From a virus (taxonomy: Duplodnaviria; Caudoviricetes), in the IMG/VR virus record IMGVR_UViG_3300010371_000039, positions 1 through 63,300 of that record: 63,300 bases of DNA; one strand, given 5' to 3'. Below the pieces are notes generated by a model that searched no databases, was not told the DNA's origin, and saw nothing but the letters and a program-made list of their open reading frames with translations. This document shows positions 47,126 through 57,276 of the stretch, piece after piece; position 1 is the stretch's first letter, and each line of letters starts with the position of its first letter. The position numbers were made by a program, and so were the translations under genes.

Positions 47126-47449
47126 ATGCTCGACGGCGCCCCCCATCTCGACTGCCTCACCTGCGGCGGCTCCGGCCGCGTTCTCGCCCAGGGCCCCGCG
47201 GCGGGCTGGTACTCGGACGACGCCCACGAGGTGAACTGCGACGACTGCCGCGGCTCCGGTCACCGGCGCTGCGATGGCCACATCTCCGATCCGGTCGGCC
47301 GGCGAGAGCAGTGCGGCGACGAAGCGGTGCGCGTGCTGCACGACGAGTTCGACCCGCCGGAAGGCGCGGCGTTCTGTGCGCGCTGCCTGAAGATCGCGCT
47401 TCGCTGGCGCGACGACGAAGATCCGCCGGCATTCGAGGTGGCGTCGTGA
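47126..47449 (+). CDS. DnaJ-type CxxCxGxG Zn-finger protein
   Basis: CLTCGGSG, CDDCRGSG. Confidence 0.6.
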   Translation: MLDGAPHLDCLTCGGSGRVLAQGPAAGWYSDDAHEVNCDDCRGSGHRRCDGHISDPVGRREQCGDEAVRVLHDEFDPPEGAAFCARCLKIALRWRDDEDPPAFEVAS

Positions 47450-47718
47450 CCTCCGAGCCCGCCCGCTCCGCCGCGATCGTGCGCCTCTACGACGAGGTAT
47501 CGGAGACGCTCGCCGAGTTTGCGATGGGCGGCCGCGTGGTGTCCGCGAGCATCCGCTACGCGACGATCGGTACGATGCACGTCTTCTCGATTACCCTCGA
47601 CGGCATCGACGTGTCGAGCGGCTCCGGCGCGTGCGCCGACGTCGCCGCGCATCGGGCTTGGGCCGATCTGACTGGCCGGCGCACCGATCTCGCCCCCACT
47701 ACGGCGGTGCAGCCGTGA
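47446..47718 (+). CDS. Hypothetical protein
   Basis: GTGA-coupled. Confidence 0.45.
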   Translation: MTSEPARSAAIVRLYDEVSETLAEFAMGGRVVSASIRYATIGTMHVFSITLDGIDVSSGSGACADVAAHRAWADLTGRRTDLAPTTAVQP

Positions 47719-48011
47719 AGACCTGTTCGTGCTGCGGGCGGACGTTCGACGCGGCGGCGTGGGCCAAATTGCCGCTCGTGGGCCACCAGGACTTCGACGA
47801 GGAGCGCCTGGAACTGCGAAGTTGCACGTGTCGGAGCACGCTCGCGGTGCAGGTGCCCGCGGCGCCGCTGCTGCGCGAGCTCGCGCGCCTGCATCACGTC
47901 GAGGCCCACGCCGCGATCGGCGACGCGGAGGCCACGCGCCTCACGGCCATCGCCGACGCGATCGATGGGCTCGCCGACGACATCGAGGTTTCGCAACTGG
48001 CAGTTGCGTGA
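47715..48011 (+). CDS. Hypothetical Zn-binding protein
   Basis: CSCCG...ELRSCTCRSTL. Confidence 0.5.
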   Translation: MKTCSCCGRTFDAAAWAKLPLVGHQDFDEERLELRSCTCRSTLAVQVPAAPLLRELARLHHVEAHAAIGDAEATRLTAIADAIDGLADDIEVSQLAVA

Positions 48012-48046
48012 GTCACGAACCATCAGAACCCAAGGAGACACGTCCC

Positions 48047-49267
48047 ATGTCGGCCGCAACGTCCAGCGATTCGATGTCCCACCTGTCTGGCATTCTGGAC
48101 AACGAGCAGGCCATCAATGAGCGCCTGACTCTCATCGAGCAGAGTTGCCACCTGATCTCCCCGTCCACGAGCTGCGCCCTTCCTCCCGGGTGCGCCGTGG
48201 CGTTCACGGTCGTGCGCATCGACCCGAAGGTCGAGGCCCATTCCGTGGGGTACGGCAAATACTCGCTGCTCAAGCCCGCGCTCTTGAAGCTCGCCAACGC
48301 GGCGGGGATCTGCTGGAACGCGTCCGCCTCGTATCGTGTCGACCCTGGCACCGCGCCGCACTACGTGCACTGGCACGCCGAGGGCGCGTGGCGAGGCCTC
48401 GACGGCACGGTGCTGCCCGTCGTCGGCGACCTGCAGATGGACCTTCGCGACGGCAGCGATCAGGCGATCAAGGTCATGGAGAGCGCCAGGGCCGACACGG
48501 AGAAGGAACGCATTGCCAAGGGCCTCGTGACCCTTCGCGACATGCGCGCGAAGATCCTGGAGCACGCGCAGAGCAAGGCCATGATGCGCGGCATCCGCGC
48601 GGCGCTCGGGCTTCGCTCCTACACCGACAACGAGCTGAAGAAGCCCTTTGTGGCCGTGCGCCTCGTGTTCCTCGGGCACGACGAGGACCCGGTCATCGAG
48701 CGCGAAAACAAGCGCGCCATCCGGGCCAACATGCTGGGCGGCGCCGCGGCGCTCTTCGGCGCTGCGCCTGCCGTCCAGCACCGAGCTCTCGTCGGCGCCG
48801 ACGACGCCCCCGAGCTGCTCGAGGCGCCCCTGCGCGCCAAAGCGCTGCCGATGCCGGCGCCCTCCCCGACTCCCGCCGCCGTGGACATGCCTGCCCAGCA
48901 AGGGACGGCGAAGCAGGAGGCCCCCACGGCGGCGGGGGATCCTCCGGCGACGCCGGCGCCCGCGCCTACGCCGCGCCCCGAGACCCCGGCGCGGCGCAGC
49001 GCCACGCGCGAGCCCACCGAGGACGACGACGTGATGCGTTTCGGCCTCAGCAAGGGCCAGAGCATTTCGCAGGCCGGTGACGCGGATCTCGCGTGGTACG
49101 CGGCGGCGGTCGAGCGCCAGGTGAGCGATCCGGCCAAGGCCCGCTACCGCGAGCAGAACGAGAGGCACCTGGCCAACGTGCGCGCGGAGATCGCGCGTCG
49201 CGGCGAGTCGGGCGAGTCCGACGGCTTCGCGCCGGCGGTCGATCCGGACGACAACATCCCATTTTGA
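48047..49267 (+). CDS. Probable single-strand annealing/recombination protein with SSB-like tail
   Basis: HAQSKAMMRGIRAALG helix resembling Rad52-fold SSAPs; MRFGLSKG module; ends DDNIPF; upstream of sbcDC. Confidence 0.55.
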   Translation: MSAATSSDSMSHLSGILDNEQAINERLTLIEQSCHLISPSTSCALPPGCAVAFTVVRIDPKVEAHSVGYGKYSLLKPALLKLANAAGICWNASASYRVDPGTAPHYVHWHAEGAWRGLDGTVLPVVGDLQMDLRDGSDQAIKVMESARADTEKERIAKGLVTLRDMRAKILEHAQSKAMMRGIRAALGLRSYTDNELKKPFVAVRLVFLGHDEDPVIERENKRAIRANMLGGAAALFGAAPAVQHRALVGADDAPELLEAPLRAKALPMPAPSPTPAAVDMPAQQGTAKQEAPTAAGDPPATPAPAPTPRPETPARRSATREPTEDDDVMRFGLSKGQSISQAGDADLAWYAAAVERQVSDPAKARYREQNERHLANVRAEIARRGESGESDGFAPAVDPDDNIPF

Positions 49268-49281
49268 TCGGAGCCGATGCG

Positions 49282-49749
49282 ATGAATACGTCAACCGTTA
49301 CCACCACTACTGAGTCTTTGGTGCGCTGGGGGGTCTGGTGCCAGACGCCGCGCGGCGTTTCCGGATGGGTGCATCGCGACGGCGACCATCACGTCTGCAT
49401 GGACATCGCCGAAGCGCGCGCGCTCGCGCGGACCATGGCCAACGACGGCGCGTCTTACCACGTCGTGCCGTACATCGACGGGCGCTCGCCGTTCGATCTG
49501 GCCTGCGACGCCGCCGCCATCGAGCAGCGCATGTCGAACCTGCTCAGCACCGTAGAGAGGCCGGGGCCCACGCCTGAAGGCGCGCCCGGGTCTCTGCATC
49601 GCCGGGCTTGGGAACTTGGGCAGACGCTCGCTGCGCACGTGCGTGCCCATGAGGAGGACCTCGAGACGATCGCGGAGCTTCGGCGGACGATCGATGGAAC
49701 ACGCGATGCGCTCACCGCGGCTCTCGCCAAGTACAGGGGCGGCCAATGA
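49282..49749 (+). CDS. Hypothetical protein (RWGVW...VVPY domain)
   Basis: Paralogous to 38471-39259. Confidence 0.55.
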   Translation: MNTSTVTTTTESLVRWGVWCQTPRGVSGWVHRDGDHHVCMDIAEARALARTMANDGASYHVVPYIDGRSPFDLACDAAAIEQRMSNLLSTVERPGPTPEGAPGSLHRRAWELGQTLAAHVRAHEEDLETIAELRRTIDGTRDALTAALAKYRGGQ

Positions 49750-50942
49750 GCCTCCGCATCTTCGCCACTGGCGACAACCACTTCGACTCGCGCAGCGACC
49801 GCTACGCGCACACGATCGATGTACACCGCACGATCGCGTCGCTCGTTGAGCGCGAGCGACCGGACGCGTTCCTTCTCGGCGGCGACATGTTCGAGCGCGA
49901 GTCCACGCCCGATGAGCGCCTGCACGCGCGCGAGTTCGTGCGAGCCGTCTGCCGGTGGTGCCCAGCGGTGGCTATCCGCGGAAACCATGATGCCCCGGGG
50001 GATATCTCGTCGCTACTCGGCAAGCTCCGCACGGACCACCCACTTCACGTCGTGGAAGACGCACGCGTGGTCTCTCCGCTCGCGGGTCTCCAGGTGGCCG
50101 CCGTCGCGTGGCCGACGCGCGCCAGCACGATCGACGACGGGGCGGCGCGCGAGGCGCTGCGCGACGTGCTCCGTGGGCTCGGCGCCGCGATGGCGTCCGA
50201 CCTCGGGGCGCGCCGCATCTTGCTCGGGCACTTCGACGTCAGCGGCGCCACGTCGGGCGCCGGACAGCCACTCATCGGCGGCTCGCTGACCGTGAGCGTC
50301 GCGGACTTGCTGCTCGCGCAGCCGCAGGCCGTCGTGATGAGCCATATCCACAAGGCCCAGGAGTTCGCGGCGGGCGACGTGCCGGTCGTCTACTGCGGCT
50401 CGCCGGTCGCGCACGACTTCGGCGAAGTGGAGATGAAGTCGATTCTCGACTTGGCATGGAACGGCCACGATGACGGCTTTTGCGTGGGGCGCATCCCGAC
50501 TGGCGCGCGCCGCATGCTCCACATCACGGCACGGCACGACGTGGACTCGGGGCGCCTCGTTGACTTCGTGTTCCACGGGGTCGACGGCGATCTGTCGTTT
50601 GGCAGCGTGGGCGAATTGGATCTCGGTCTGATTGGGAGGCCCATGCCCGCGCTCCAGGGCAACGACGTTCGCCTGCGGTACGTGGTGCGCTCCGAGCACC
50701 GAGCCGCGGCCCGCGCGCTGGCCGCCCAGATCGAGGCGCAGTGGCTCGTGGAGGGGGCCCACGCCGTGAAGGTCGAGGACGAGGTACTTGCGAGCGTTCG
50801 GTCGCGGTCTGGCGCCGAGGAAGTCGGACGCGCGCCCACGCTTGCGGACCAGATGCGCGCCCTCTGGAAGGCACGCGGCGACGAGCCGCCTCCAGAGCGT
50901 GCCGCGTCGATGCTCTCGAAACTTTCGGAGATCGCGCCATGA
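49746..50942 (+). CDS. sbcD: SbcD/Mre11-like nuclease
   Basis: DNH, GGDMF, GNHD, GH, SHIHK metallophosphoesterase motifs. Confidence 0.9.
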   Translation: MSLRIFATGDNHFDSRSDRYAHTIDVHRTIASLVERERPDAFLLGGDMFERESTPDERLHAREFVRAVCRWCPAVAIRGNHDAPGDISSLLGKLRTDHPLHVVEDARVVSPLAGLQVAAVAWPTRASTIDDGAAREALRDVLRGLGAAMASDLGARRILLGHFDVSGATSGAGQPLIGGSLTVSVADLLLAQPQAVVMSHIHKAQEFAAGDVPVVYCGSPVAHDFGEVEMKSILDLAWNGHDDGFCVGRIPTGARRMLHITARHDVDSGRLVDFVFHGVDGDLSFGSVGELDLGLIGRPMPALQGNDVRLRYVVRSEHRAAARALAAQIEAQWLVEGAHAVKVEDEVLASVRSRSGAEEVGRAPTLADQMRALWKARGDEPPPERAASMLSKLSEIAP

Positions 50943-53410
50943 GGTTTTCATCGCTGCGCATGTCGGGCTTTCTCAACTTCCCCGACGAGGTCTCAATCGA
51001 CTTCGGGGCGCTCCCTCCGGTACTCGCCCTCACCGGGAAGAACGGCGCCGGCAAGAGCACACTCCTCAAGGCGCTGCACCGAGGGGCCACCGGCGACCGG
51101 CTTTCCGGGTGGCTCGCGACGATGGCCCGGCTCGGGGGTCGACCCGAGGCCGTGCTCGAGGTGGGCTTCTCGACGGATCGGGAGTGGATGGCGCGCCACC
51201 GCTACGACGTCGCCAGCGGCAAGACGAGCTGCGAGGTGTTCGACGGCGCCGGCAACATGGTCCTTCCGTCGACTGGCGTCCGCGCCTTCGAGGCGTGGTC
51301 GGCCAAGACGTTGCCCGACCCCGACGTGCTGCTCGCGGGGCCGATGGCGATGCAGGCCGACGCGGGGTTCCTCGTGAAGACCGCCGGTGAGCGCAAGGGG
51401 ATCATCCTCCGGTCTCTCGCGGCCTCGAAGCTCGAGGGCTTCGCGGCGGCGGCGCGCGCGCGCGCCAAGCAAAAGGCGGAGGCGCTTTCGGTCGTCGACG
51501 CGCGCCTCGGAGACGAGCGGCGCCGGTCCGGCATCGACGCGGCTCCGGACGCGAGCCTGGCCGGCGCGGCGCGTTCGATCGAGACCGAGATCGCGGAGGC
51601 CGAGGCCGACGAGAGGCGCGCGGACAGCGCCGTCGCGCTGGCGCAGGAGGCGGAGGACGCCGCGTCGGCCGCCGTCGAAGCGGGGCGCGCGCAAGCTGCG
51701 GAGGTCTCCGCCCACAACACCGCGGCAGCCACCAGGTGCGCGGAGATCGCGGCGGCCGACCGGGCGATCGCCGAGGCGGCGGAGCGCGCGCGCCGCACCG
51801 AGGCCGCCATCGCGGCGCACGACGCAATGATCGCGCAGGCCGACTCGATCCGGGCCTCGGTCGCTCGGGCGACGGCCCTCGACGTCCAGAGCGCGTCGTG
51901 GTCGCAGGCCGTCGCCGAGCAGCGCGTCGCGTGGCAGGCAGAAAACCGCCGTGTGACCGAGATCGAGGCGGAGCTCGCGCGTGCGCAGGCCGCCGAGAGG
52001 CACGCCGTCGCCAAATCTTCCGACGCGACGGAGCGCGCTTGCAAACGGGCGGAGGCGGCACGAGAGGCCGAGGGCCTGCCGGCGGCGCGTGAAGCCCTGG
52101 CCGCGGCGGAGGCAGAGATCGTAGAGGCGGAGGCGGAGGTCGAGCGCCTGCACCAGGTGGCGGCCCGCGGCGCGAATGGGCGAATCGAGCGGCTCCGCGG
52201 GGGCCTGCACCAGATCGAGATCGGAGAGCCCGAGCCAACGGAGATCGCCTCGCGCACGCTGCTCCGAGACGACGATGAGGTGCTGGTCATCGCGCGCCTG
52301 CCCGAAGACCAGAAGGCCGCAGCGAACCGCAAGGCCGCGGCGCTCGAGGCCAAGGCGCAGGCGGAGCAGCGCGTGCGCCACCTGCTGGCTTACCGCGCCC
52401 TCGCCGACGCGCCCCACGACGACGAGGCGCCGGCGCAGGCGCTGCGCGACGCGGTGGCGGCGCGGGAGGGCGCGGCGGCGGCCCTTGAGCATGCGAAGGC
52501 CGCACGAGACGCGCTGGCGGCGCACGGCGCCGAGAGCAAGGCGCGGCTCGAGGCGATCCAGGCGGATCGCTCGCGGGAGACTGGCCCCGGTCTCGCCGAA
52601 GGACTGGCCCGCGCAGAGGCGGCGGTCGAGCAGCTCCGGGGCGAGCTCGCGGCGGCGCGGGAGGCGTTGGCGGTGGCGCAGTCGCGGCGTGCGGAGCTTG
52701 GGGACGCGCCGTCACTCCGAGAGGCGCCCGACGTCGCCGGGGCCGAGCGCACGGCACGTGCAGCCATGCAGGCCGCGGTCGACGCGAAGGGCGCCCTCGA
52801 CGAGGCCCGGCGGCGCCTCGCGACCGTGCAGGCTTCGGCGGCGCGGCTCGCGGAGCTCGAGGCCGAGCGCCTCTCCGTCGCCACAGAGCTTGGGGACTGG
52901 ACGCGCCTCGGCAAGGACCTCGGGATCGACGGCATCCAAGCCATGCTTGTCGACGGGCTGGGGCCCGAGCTCACGGCCATGGCGAACGATCTTCTGCACT
53001 CGTGCGTGGGGCCCAGGTTCACCGTGTCGATCGAGACGCAGCGCCTCTCGGGCAAGGGCAAGACGATCGAGGGCTGCGAGGTCACGGTCTACGACTCACG
53101 CAAGGGCACGACCCACCAGGACGGAGACACGCTGTCCGGGGGCGAAGCGGTGCTCGTGGGAACGCCGATGCGGCTCGCGCTCGCGGCGGCGACGTGCCGG
53201 CATTGGGGCATCAAGCGGCCAAGCATTTTGCTCGACGAGGCCGGCGCGGCTCTCGACAGCGATACGGTCGGCGCGCCGTTCGTGGCGATGCTGCGGCGCG
53301 CGGCGAAGCAGATGGATTCCCAAATTCTATTTGTCAGTCACTCGGCCGAGGCCCAGGCGCTCGCCGACGCCAGGCTCCATATCGAGAACGGGAAGGTCAC
53401 GGTCCAATGA
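50939..53410 (+). CDS. sbcC: SbcC/Rad50-like ATPase
   Basis: GKNGAGKST, long coiled coil, LSGGE, LLDEAGAALD, VSH. Confidence 0.92.
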   Translation: MRFSSLRMSGFLNFPDEVSIDFGALPPVLALTGKNGAGKSTLLKALHRGATGDRLSGWLATMARLGGRPEAVLEVGFSTDREWMARHRYDVASGKTSCEVFDGAGNMVLPSTGVRAFEAWSAKTLPDPDVLLAGPMAMQADAGFLVKTAGERKGIILRSLAASKLEGFAAAARARAKQKAEALSVVDARLGDERRRSGIDAAPDASLAGAARSIETEIAEAEADERRADSAVALAQEAEDAASAAVEAGRAQAAEVSAHNTAAATRCAEIAAADRAIAEAAERARRTEAAIAAHDAMIAQADSIRASVARATALDVQSASWSQAVAEQRVAWQAENRRVTEIEAELARAQAAERHAVAKSSDATERACKRAEAAREAEGLPAAREALAAAEAEIVEAEAEVERLHQVAARGANGRIERLRGGLHQIEIGEPEPTEIASRTLLRDDDEVLVIARLPEDQKAAANRKAAALEAKAQAEQRVRHLLAYRALADAPHDDEAPAQALRDAVAAREGAAAALEHAKAARDALAAHGAESKARLEAIQADRSRETGPGLAEGLARAEAAVEQLRGELAAAREALAVAQSRRAELGDAPSLREAPDVAGAERTARAAMQAAVDAKGALDEARRRLATVQASAARLAELEAERLSVATELGDWTRLGKDLGIDGIQAMLVDGLGPELTAMANDLLHSCVGPRFTVSIETQRLSGKGKTIEGCEVTVYDSRKGTTHQDGDTLSGGEAVLVGTPMRLALAAATCRHWGIKRPSILLDEAGAALDSDTVGAPFVAMLRRAAKQMDSQILFVSHSAEAQALADARLHIENGKVTVQ

Positions 53411-54132
53411 GCGGCGCGGTCACCGGCACACCGTGGACTGCCGCCGACAAGGCGCGCCTGGTCCAGATCTACGCCGACGGCGGCATCGAAGCTGCCGCGC
53501 GCGCGTTCCCCGACCGTTCGCGCACCGCCATCTACCATGTCGCCCGGCGCGCCGGCATCGTGCGCAAGCGTCGGTGGACCCGACGCGACGACGACCGTCT
53601 ACGGATCCTCTGGGGCTCGGTGTCGCTGCCCGAGATCTGCCGCACGCTCGGGCGCACGCGGTCCGCGATCATGTTCCACGCGGTGCACGTTCTGTGGTTG
53701 CCCTCCGGGTGCCCGGACAACCTCGAATATCTGAGCAAGTCCGCCGAGCGCACGGGATACGGCACCGTGAGCCTGCGGCGGATCCTGCGCTGGGCCGGAG
53801 TCGCGATCCTGCCTGCCTACACGTTTCGCGGTGATGGCCACCAGCGGTGGCTCGTCGAGCCGCACGACGTCGACGACGCGATCGAGCGATGGCACCTGAC
53901 CGAGACGCTCGAGGGGGCCGCGCGAAGACTCGGCACGAGCGCCGAAACGATGCAAACGTGGCTCGCGCGGGCTGGCATCGTCGTGAAGAAGACCGACCGG
54001 CGCCGCGCCAAGTCGCACGCGCGCGTCCTCTCGGCGGACGCCGATCGCGCGTGGGCCCTGCGCGCCGAGTTCTATGCGAAGCACCCTGGCCGGGCGCTAC
54101 CCCGATGGCCGAGAGAGGAGCGTGCCGCGTGA
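53407..54132 (+). CDS. Multi-HTH (Myb-like W-T repeats) DNA-binding protein
   Basis: PWTAADK...RSRTAI and RWTRRDD...RTRSAI repeats plus later HTHs. Confidence 0.6.
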   Translation: MSGAVTGTPWTAADKARLVQIYADGGIEAAARAFPDRSRTAIYHVARRAGIVRKRRWTRRDDDRLRILWGSVSLPEICRTLGRTRSAIMFHAVHVLWLPSGCPDNLEYLSKSAERTGYGTVSLRRILRWAGVAILPAYTFRGDGHQRWLVEPHDVDDAIERWHLTETLEGAARRLGTSAETMQTWLARAGIVVKKTDRRRAKSHARVLSADADRAWALRAEFYAKHPGRALPRWPREERAA

Positions 54133-54407
54133 AGAGCGTTCGCGAGATGACTACGGAGGAACTCACTTCACTGGTGACGCGCGCTTGCGCAGCGTTCGAT
54201 GGCGTCGCCGCGGTTGGAGAGTTGGTGCTCCGACTACGGGAGGCGGAGGCCGACCGAGACATGCTGCGGAATCTTCGCGAGATCGCCCAGATGGTGGCCG
54301 ACCACGAAGGAGACCTTCCTCACCCGGACGGCTGCCTGGAGGCGCTGCGCGAGTTCTTGGACGCCCACTCTGCGGCACTCGATGCCGCTCTCCGGAGGAC
54401 GCCATGA
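54129..54407 (+). CDS. Hypothetical protein (REMTTEEL family)
   Basis: Paralog of 61679-61951. Confidence 0.55.
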   Translation: MKSVREMTTEELTSLVTRACAAFDGVAAVGELVLRLREAEADRDMLRNLREIAQMVADHEGDLPHPDGCLEALREFLDAHSAALDAALRRTP

Positions 54408-55198
54408 TCGCCACCCCGATCTACGGCTTGCCCATCGACGACTCGGCGCGCGCCCTGACGTGTGTGACCATCACCGGCGCCGACGACGCGGTGGACCCGC
54501 AAGCGCTGCTCGACCTGGCCGCGGAGTTTCCATTCGTCGAGTGGGGGATCCTCTCGTCGGCTTCGCGTGAGGGTCTGCCGCGCTACCCCACGTGCGCCTG
54601 GATCCGGCGGCTACTCGATCTCGATCTGCGCTCCGACCGGGCGACGCGCATGTCACTGCACCTCTGCGGGGGCCGGGCGCGCGCGATGCGCGATGGCGAC
54701 TTCGCGCAGGCGATTGACGGCCTACCCAGCTACCTGCCCTTCGGGCGCGTACAGATCAACGGATTCGACGCGCGCCAGGACAACCCGGAAGTTCTGGAGC
54801 GGGCCCTCGACTGGCTGCCTGCGGGCCGCGAAGCGATCCTCCAGGTGCGCTCCGCCGAGGACCTTGCGCCGGCCGCCGAGATGGCCCGGCGGATCGCCCG
54901 GTGCCGGTGCTCGATTCTCTTCGACGCCTCCGGTGGCGAGGGCCGCAAGGCGGACGCGTACCCGGAGCCGCCGCCGCGCGTGCGCATGGGCTACGCCGGT
55001 GGCCTCGGCCCGGGGAACGTGGATTCGGAATTGCCCGCGATGATCGCTGCGCGGCAGCGCACCATCGACGCGGGCCACGTCGTGGCGCCGTTCTGGATCG
55101 ACATGGAGTCGGGCGTACGCCGCGACGATCGATTCGACCTCGGCTTGGTGCGCGAGGTGCTTCTGAGAACAAGGGGCGCAATCGTGGATGTTCAATGA
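54404..55198 (+). CDS. TrpF(PRAI)-like TIM-barrel protein
   Basis: LFDASGGEG, GYAGGLGPGNV, WIDMESGVR. Confidence 0.75.
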   Translation: MIATPIYGLPIDDSARALTCVTITGADDAVDPQALLDLAAEFPFVEWGILSSASREGLPRYPTCAWIRRLLDLDLRSDRATRMSLHLCGGRARAMRDGDFAQAIDGLPSYLPFGRVQINGFDARQDNPEVLERALDWLPAGREAILQVRSAEDLAPAAEMARRIARCRCSILFDASGGEGRKADAYPEPPPRVRMGYAGGLGPGNVDSELPAMIAARQRTIDAGHVVAPFWIDMESGVRRDDRFDLGLVREVLLRTRGAIVDVQ

Positions 55199-55246
55199 AA
55201 CGCCTAGTGACATCCGTGGCGACGTCGCGCACCGATTGCATGGCAA

Positions 55247-55419
55247 GTGACATCGCTGTCGTAGTTGCAATGCAGCGCAATGCTTGGACATACGCGTACA
55301 CGCGTGCCACCGCTGTCGTAATTGCGACACGCTGCCCGTTCTGCGACCCGCAGATCGCGAGCGCCCGTGCGGGCAACGGGCGCGCTCGTAACTACGACAC
55401 TACTGGCACCGATGGTGCA
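55247..55419. promoter_or_regulatory. Three copies of a 24-bp element; third copy forms a sigma54-type promoter
   Basis: GTGMCA-N4-TGTCGTARTTRCRA at 55247 and 55304, reverse complement at 55386; TGGCAC-N5-GTGCA at 55404-55419. Confidence 0.6.
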
Positions 55420-55649
55420 CACGTGGTGGCCAAGCCGATGCCCCGTCGCCCTCTCGCTCAAGTGACCGCGAAGCTGCCGCGCAAGGCGATCGGATCATTC
55501 CGTCGCGCGGCGTGTGATTCTGGCGTGCGGTGCCACGTGACCGCCGAAGGCGCGAAGTGCGCCCAGCCCTCCCTCCGGGGCGCCGCCCGCACCTCGCCTC
55601 CCCCTGTGCTTCTCGTGGGCCAGGGGGAGGCGTCGCCGAGGGTCGGACC

Positions 55650-56300
55650 GTGAGAGACGTACACATCTGCTCGTTCGCGGGAGAGCGACTCCCGGACCCG
55701 CCGGGCGTTGTCACCAGGGGCTGCGTCGCCTTTGCTTACGAGCTCTGCGCCATGTGCGGCGCACACATCGACGGCGGCGCACGACGCACGGTCGTGGAGC
55801 ACTGGGACCGCGTCACCGCTATCCTCTGCGATAGCTGCGAGCCCACGCCGGAGATGCTGGCTCCGAGGCCTCTCCCGAATCCGCCCCGCTGCGACGGCAC
55901 CGGGAAGAGCGGTCGCGGGCAATGCCGAGATTTGGGCACGATCGGCGTTCGCTTCGCCTGGGGCTGCGTCGCGTACTGCCCCCGGTGCGCTGACGCGGAG
56001 TGCGGACCCGCTTCGCCACCGATAGAGCCAGCGCGGGCCTCAGCGATCGACAACGCTGCGACGAAGCCCGCGCGCGCTCCGATGGCCGATTCTCGCACGA
56101 TCCTTGTGTGGGCCTTCTATGACGCGCCGAAGGAACTGCGCGATCTGAGTCGTCACGGCGGCGACAAGGACTGGCTGGCGTTCGTTCCGGAAGGCGTCGA
56201 GCGCCCCGAGTGGATATACGACGGTTCCCCATTCGGTAGTTGCAACGTGTCGACGCACGCGGTCGACGGCGGGACCGTCTACATCGGAGCGCACTCGTGA
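55650..56300 (+). CDS. Cys-rich hypothetical protein
   Basis: Several CxxC pairs. Confidence 0.5.
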   Translation: MRDVHICSFAGERLPDPPGVVTRGCVAFAYELCAMCGAHIDGGARRTVVEHWDRVTAILCDSCEPTPEMLAPRPLPNPPRCDGTGKSGRGQCRDLGTIGVRFAWGCVAYCPRCADAECGPASPPIEPARASAIDNAATKPARAPMADSRTILVWAFYDAPKELRDLSRHGGDKDWLAFVPEGVERPEWIYDGSPFGSCNVSTHAVDGGTVYIGAHS

Positions 56301-56848
56301 ATCGACGCCCATCCGCAACACTATCCGTGGTGTTCCTTGACTTCGATGGCGTGATAAATTCGATGCCCTACTTGCTCGCGCAGGCCCGCTCGGGCGACGG
56401 CGAGCCCGGAGAGGCGTCGGCCATCGACCCCGCCGCCATTCGTCTCGTCAACCGCATCATCCGGCGGACTGTCGCCGTCGTCGTGGTCTCGTCGGCATGG
56501 CGACACGGTCGCACGGTGCCCGAACTGCGCGCCCTCCTGCGGTCGCGCGGGTTCCGCGGCCGCGTCGTCGACAAGACGCCGGAGTGGGTGAAGAAGCCAG
56601 GCACGGGACTCGTAGTCGACGCTTATGGTGAGCGCGGCGACGAGATCTGCGCCTGGATCGAGTCGGCGGAGGCGCGCGGATTCATGGTCGATGGCTTCGT
56701 GGTCCTCGACGACAACTCGGATATGAGCGCGGTCCGCGCCCACTTCGTCCAGACCTCGATGGACACCGGCATCACGGAGTCCGACGTCGAGAGGGCGATC
56801 GAGATCCTGGGCATGGGGCGGCCGGTGGACTGGCCGGAGGTGGCGTGA
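56297..56848 (+). CDS. HAD-family phosphatase (Swiss-army-knife RNA-repair type)
   Basis: FLDFDGV, VSSAWR, RGDEI, VLDD. Confidence 0.85.
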   Translation: MNRRPSATLSVVFLDFDGVINSMPYLLAQARSGDGEPGEASAIDPAAIRLVNRIIRRTVAVVVVSSAWRHGRTVPELRALLRSRGFRGRVVDKTPEWVKKPGTGLVVDAYGERGDEICAWIESAEARGFMVDGFVVLDDNSDMSAVRAHFVQTSMDTGITESDVERAIEILGMGRPVDWPEVA

Positions 56849-57276
56849 TGGCGACGCCCGCATATTGCCTGTCGTGTCACATGGTCGACGACTACCCGGC
56901 GATGCGCGGGAATCGCATCGCCGACATGAGGTGTCGCAAGTGCAATGCGGGCCCGGGTCGTCTCGCCCGCCGCGGCAGCAAGCTCGCGGTACAGGCAGCG
57001 CGCCAGGCGCTCGAAACGGTGCGAGGCATCGGAGGCCTGTGCGACGAGCACCTGCTCACGTTGCGCCGAACAGCCAGGATGGTCTGGCCTCGGTCGGAGC
57101 CGTTCACCGAGGGTGACAAGCTCCTGCTGCGCGAGCTCGACGCGCTCAAACTCGTCATCTACGACCCCGCGCGCCCAAACGTCATCGAGCCCACGACGAC
57201 GGGCTACCGGATCGCGTGGCTCTTGGACGACGCCATGTGGTCGCCGAAGGCTTCTCAGTTGGGCGGTGCCGCATGA
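56848..57276 (+). CDS. Hypothetical Zn-binding protein
   Basis: CLSC...CRKC; coupled. Confidence 0.5.
   Translation: MATPAYCLSCHMVDDYPAMRGNRIADMRCRKCNAGPGRLARRGSKLAVQAARQALETVRGIGGLCDEHLLTLRRTARMVWPRSEPFTEGDKLLLRELDALKLVIYDPARPNVIEPTTTGYRIAWLLDDAMWSPKASQLGGAA

Noticed and set aside
55207-55409. Possible mini-CRISPR array (24-bp repeats 57 bp apart)
   Set aside because: Only two direct copies, degenerate, third copy inverted, no cas genes; better explained as binding sites/promoters
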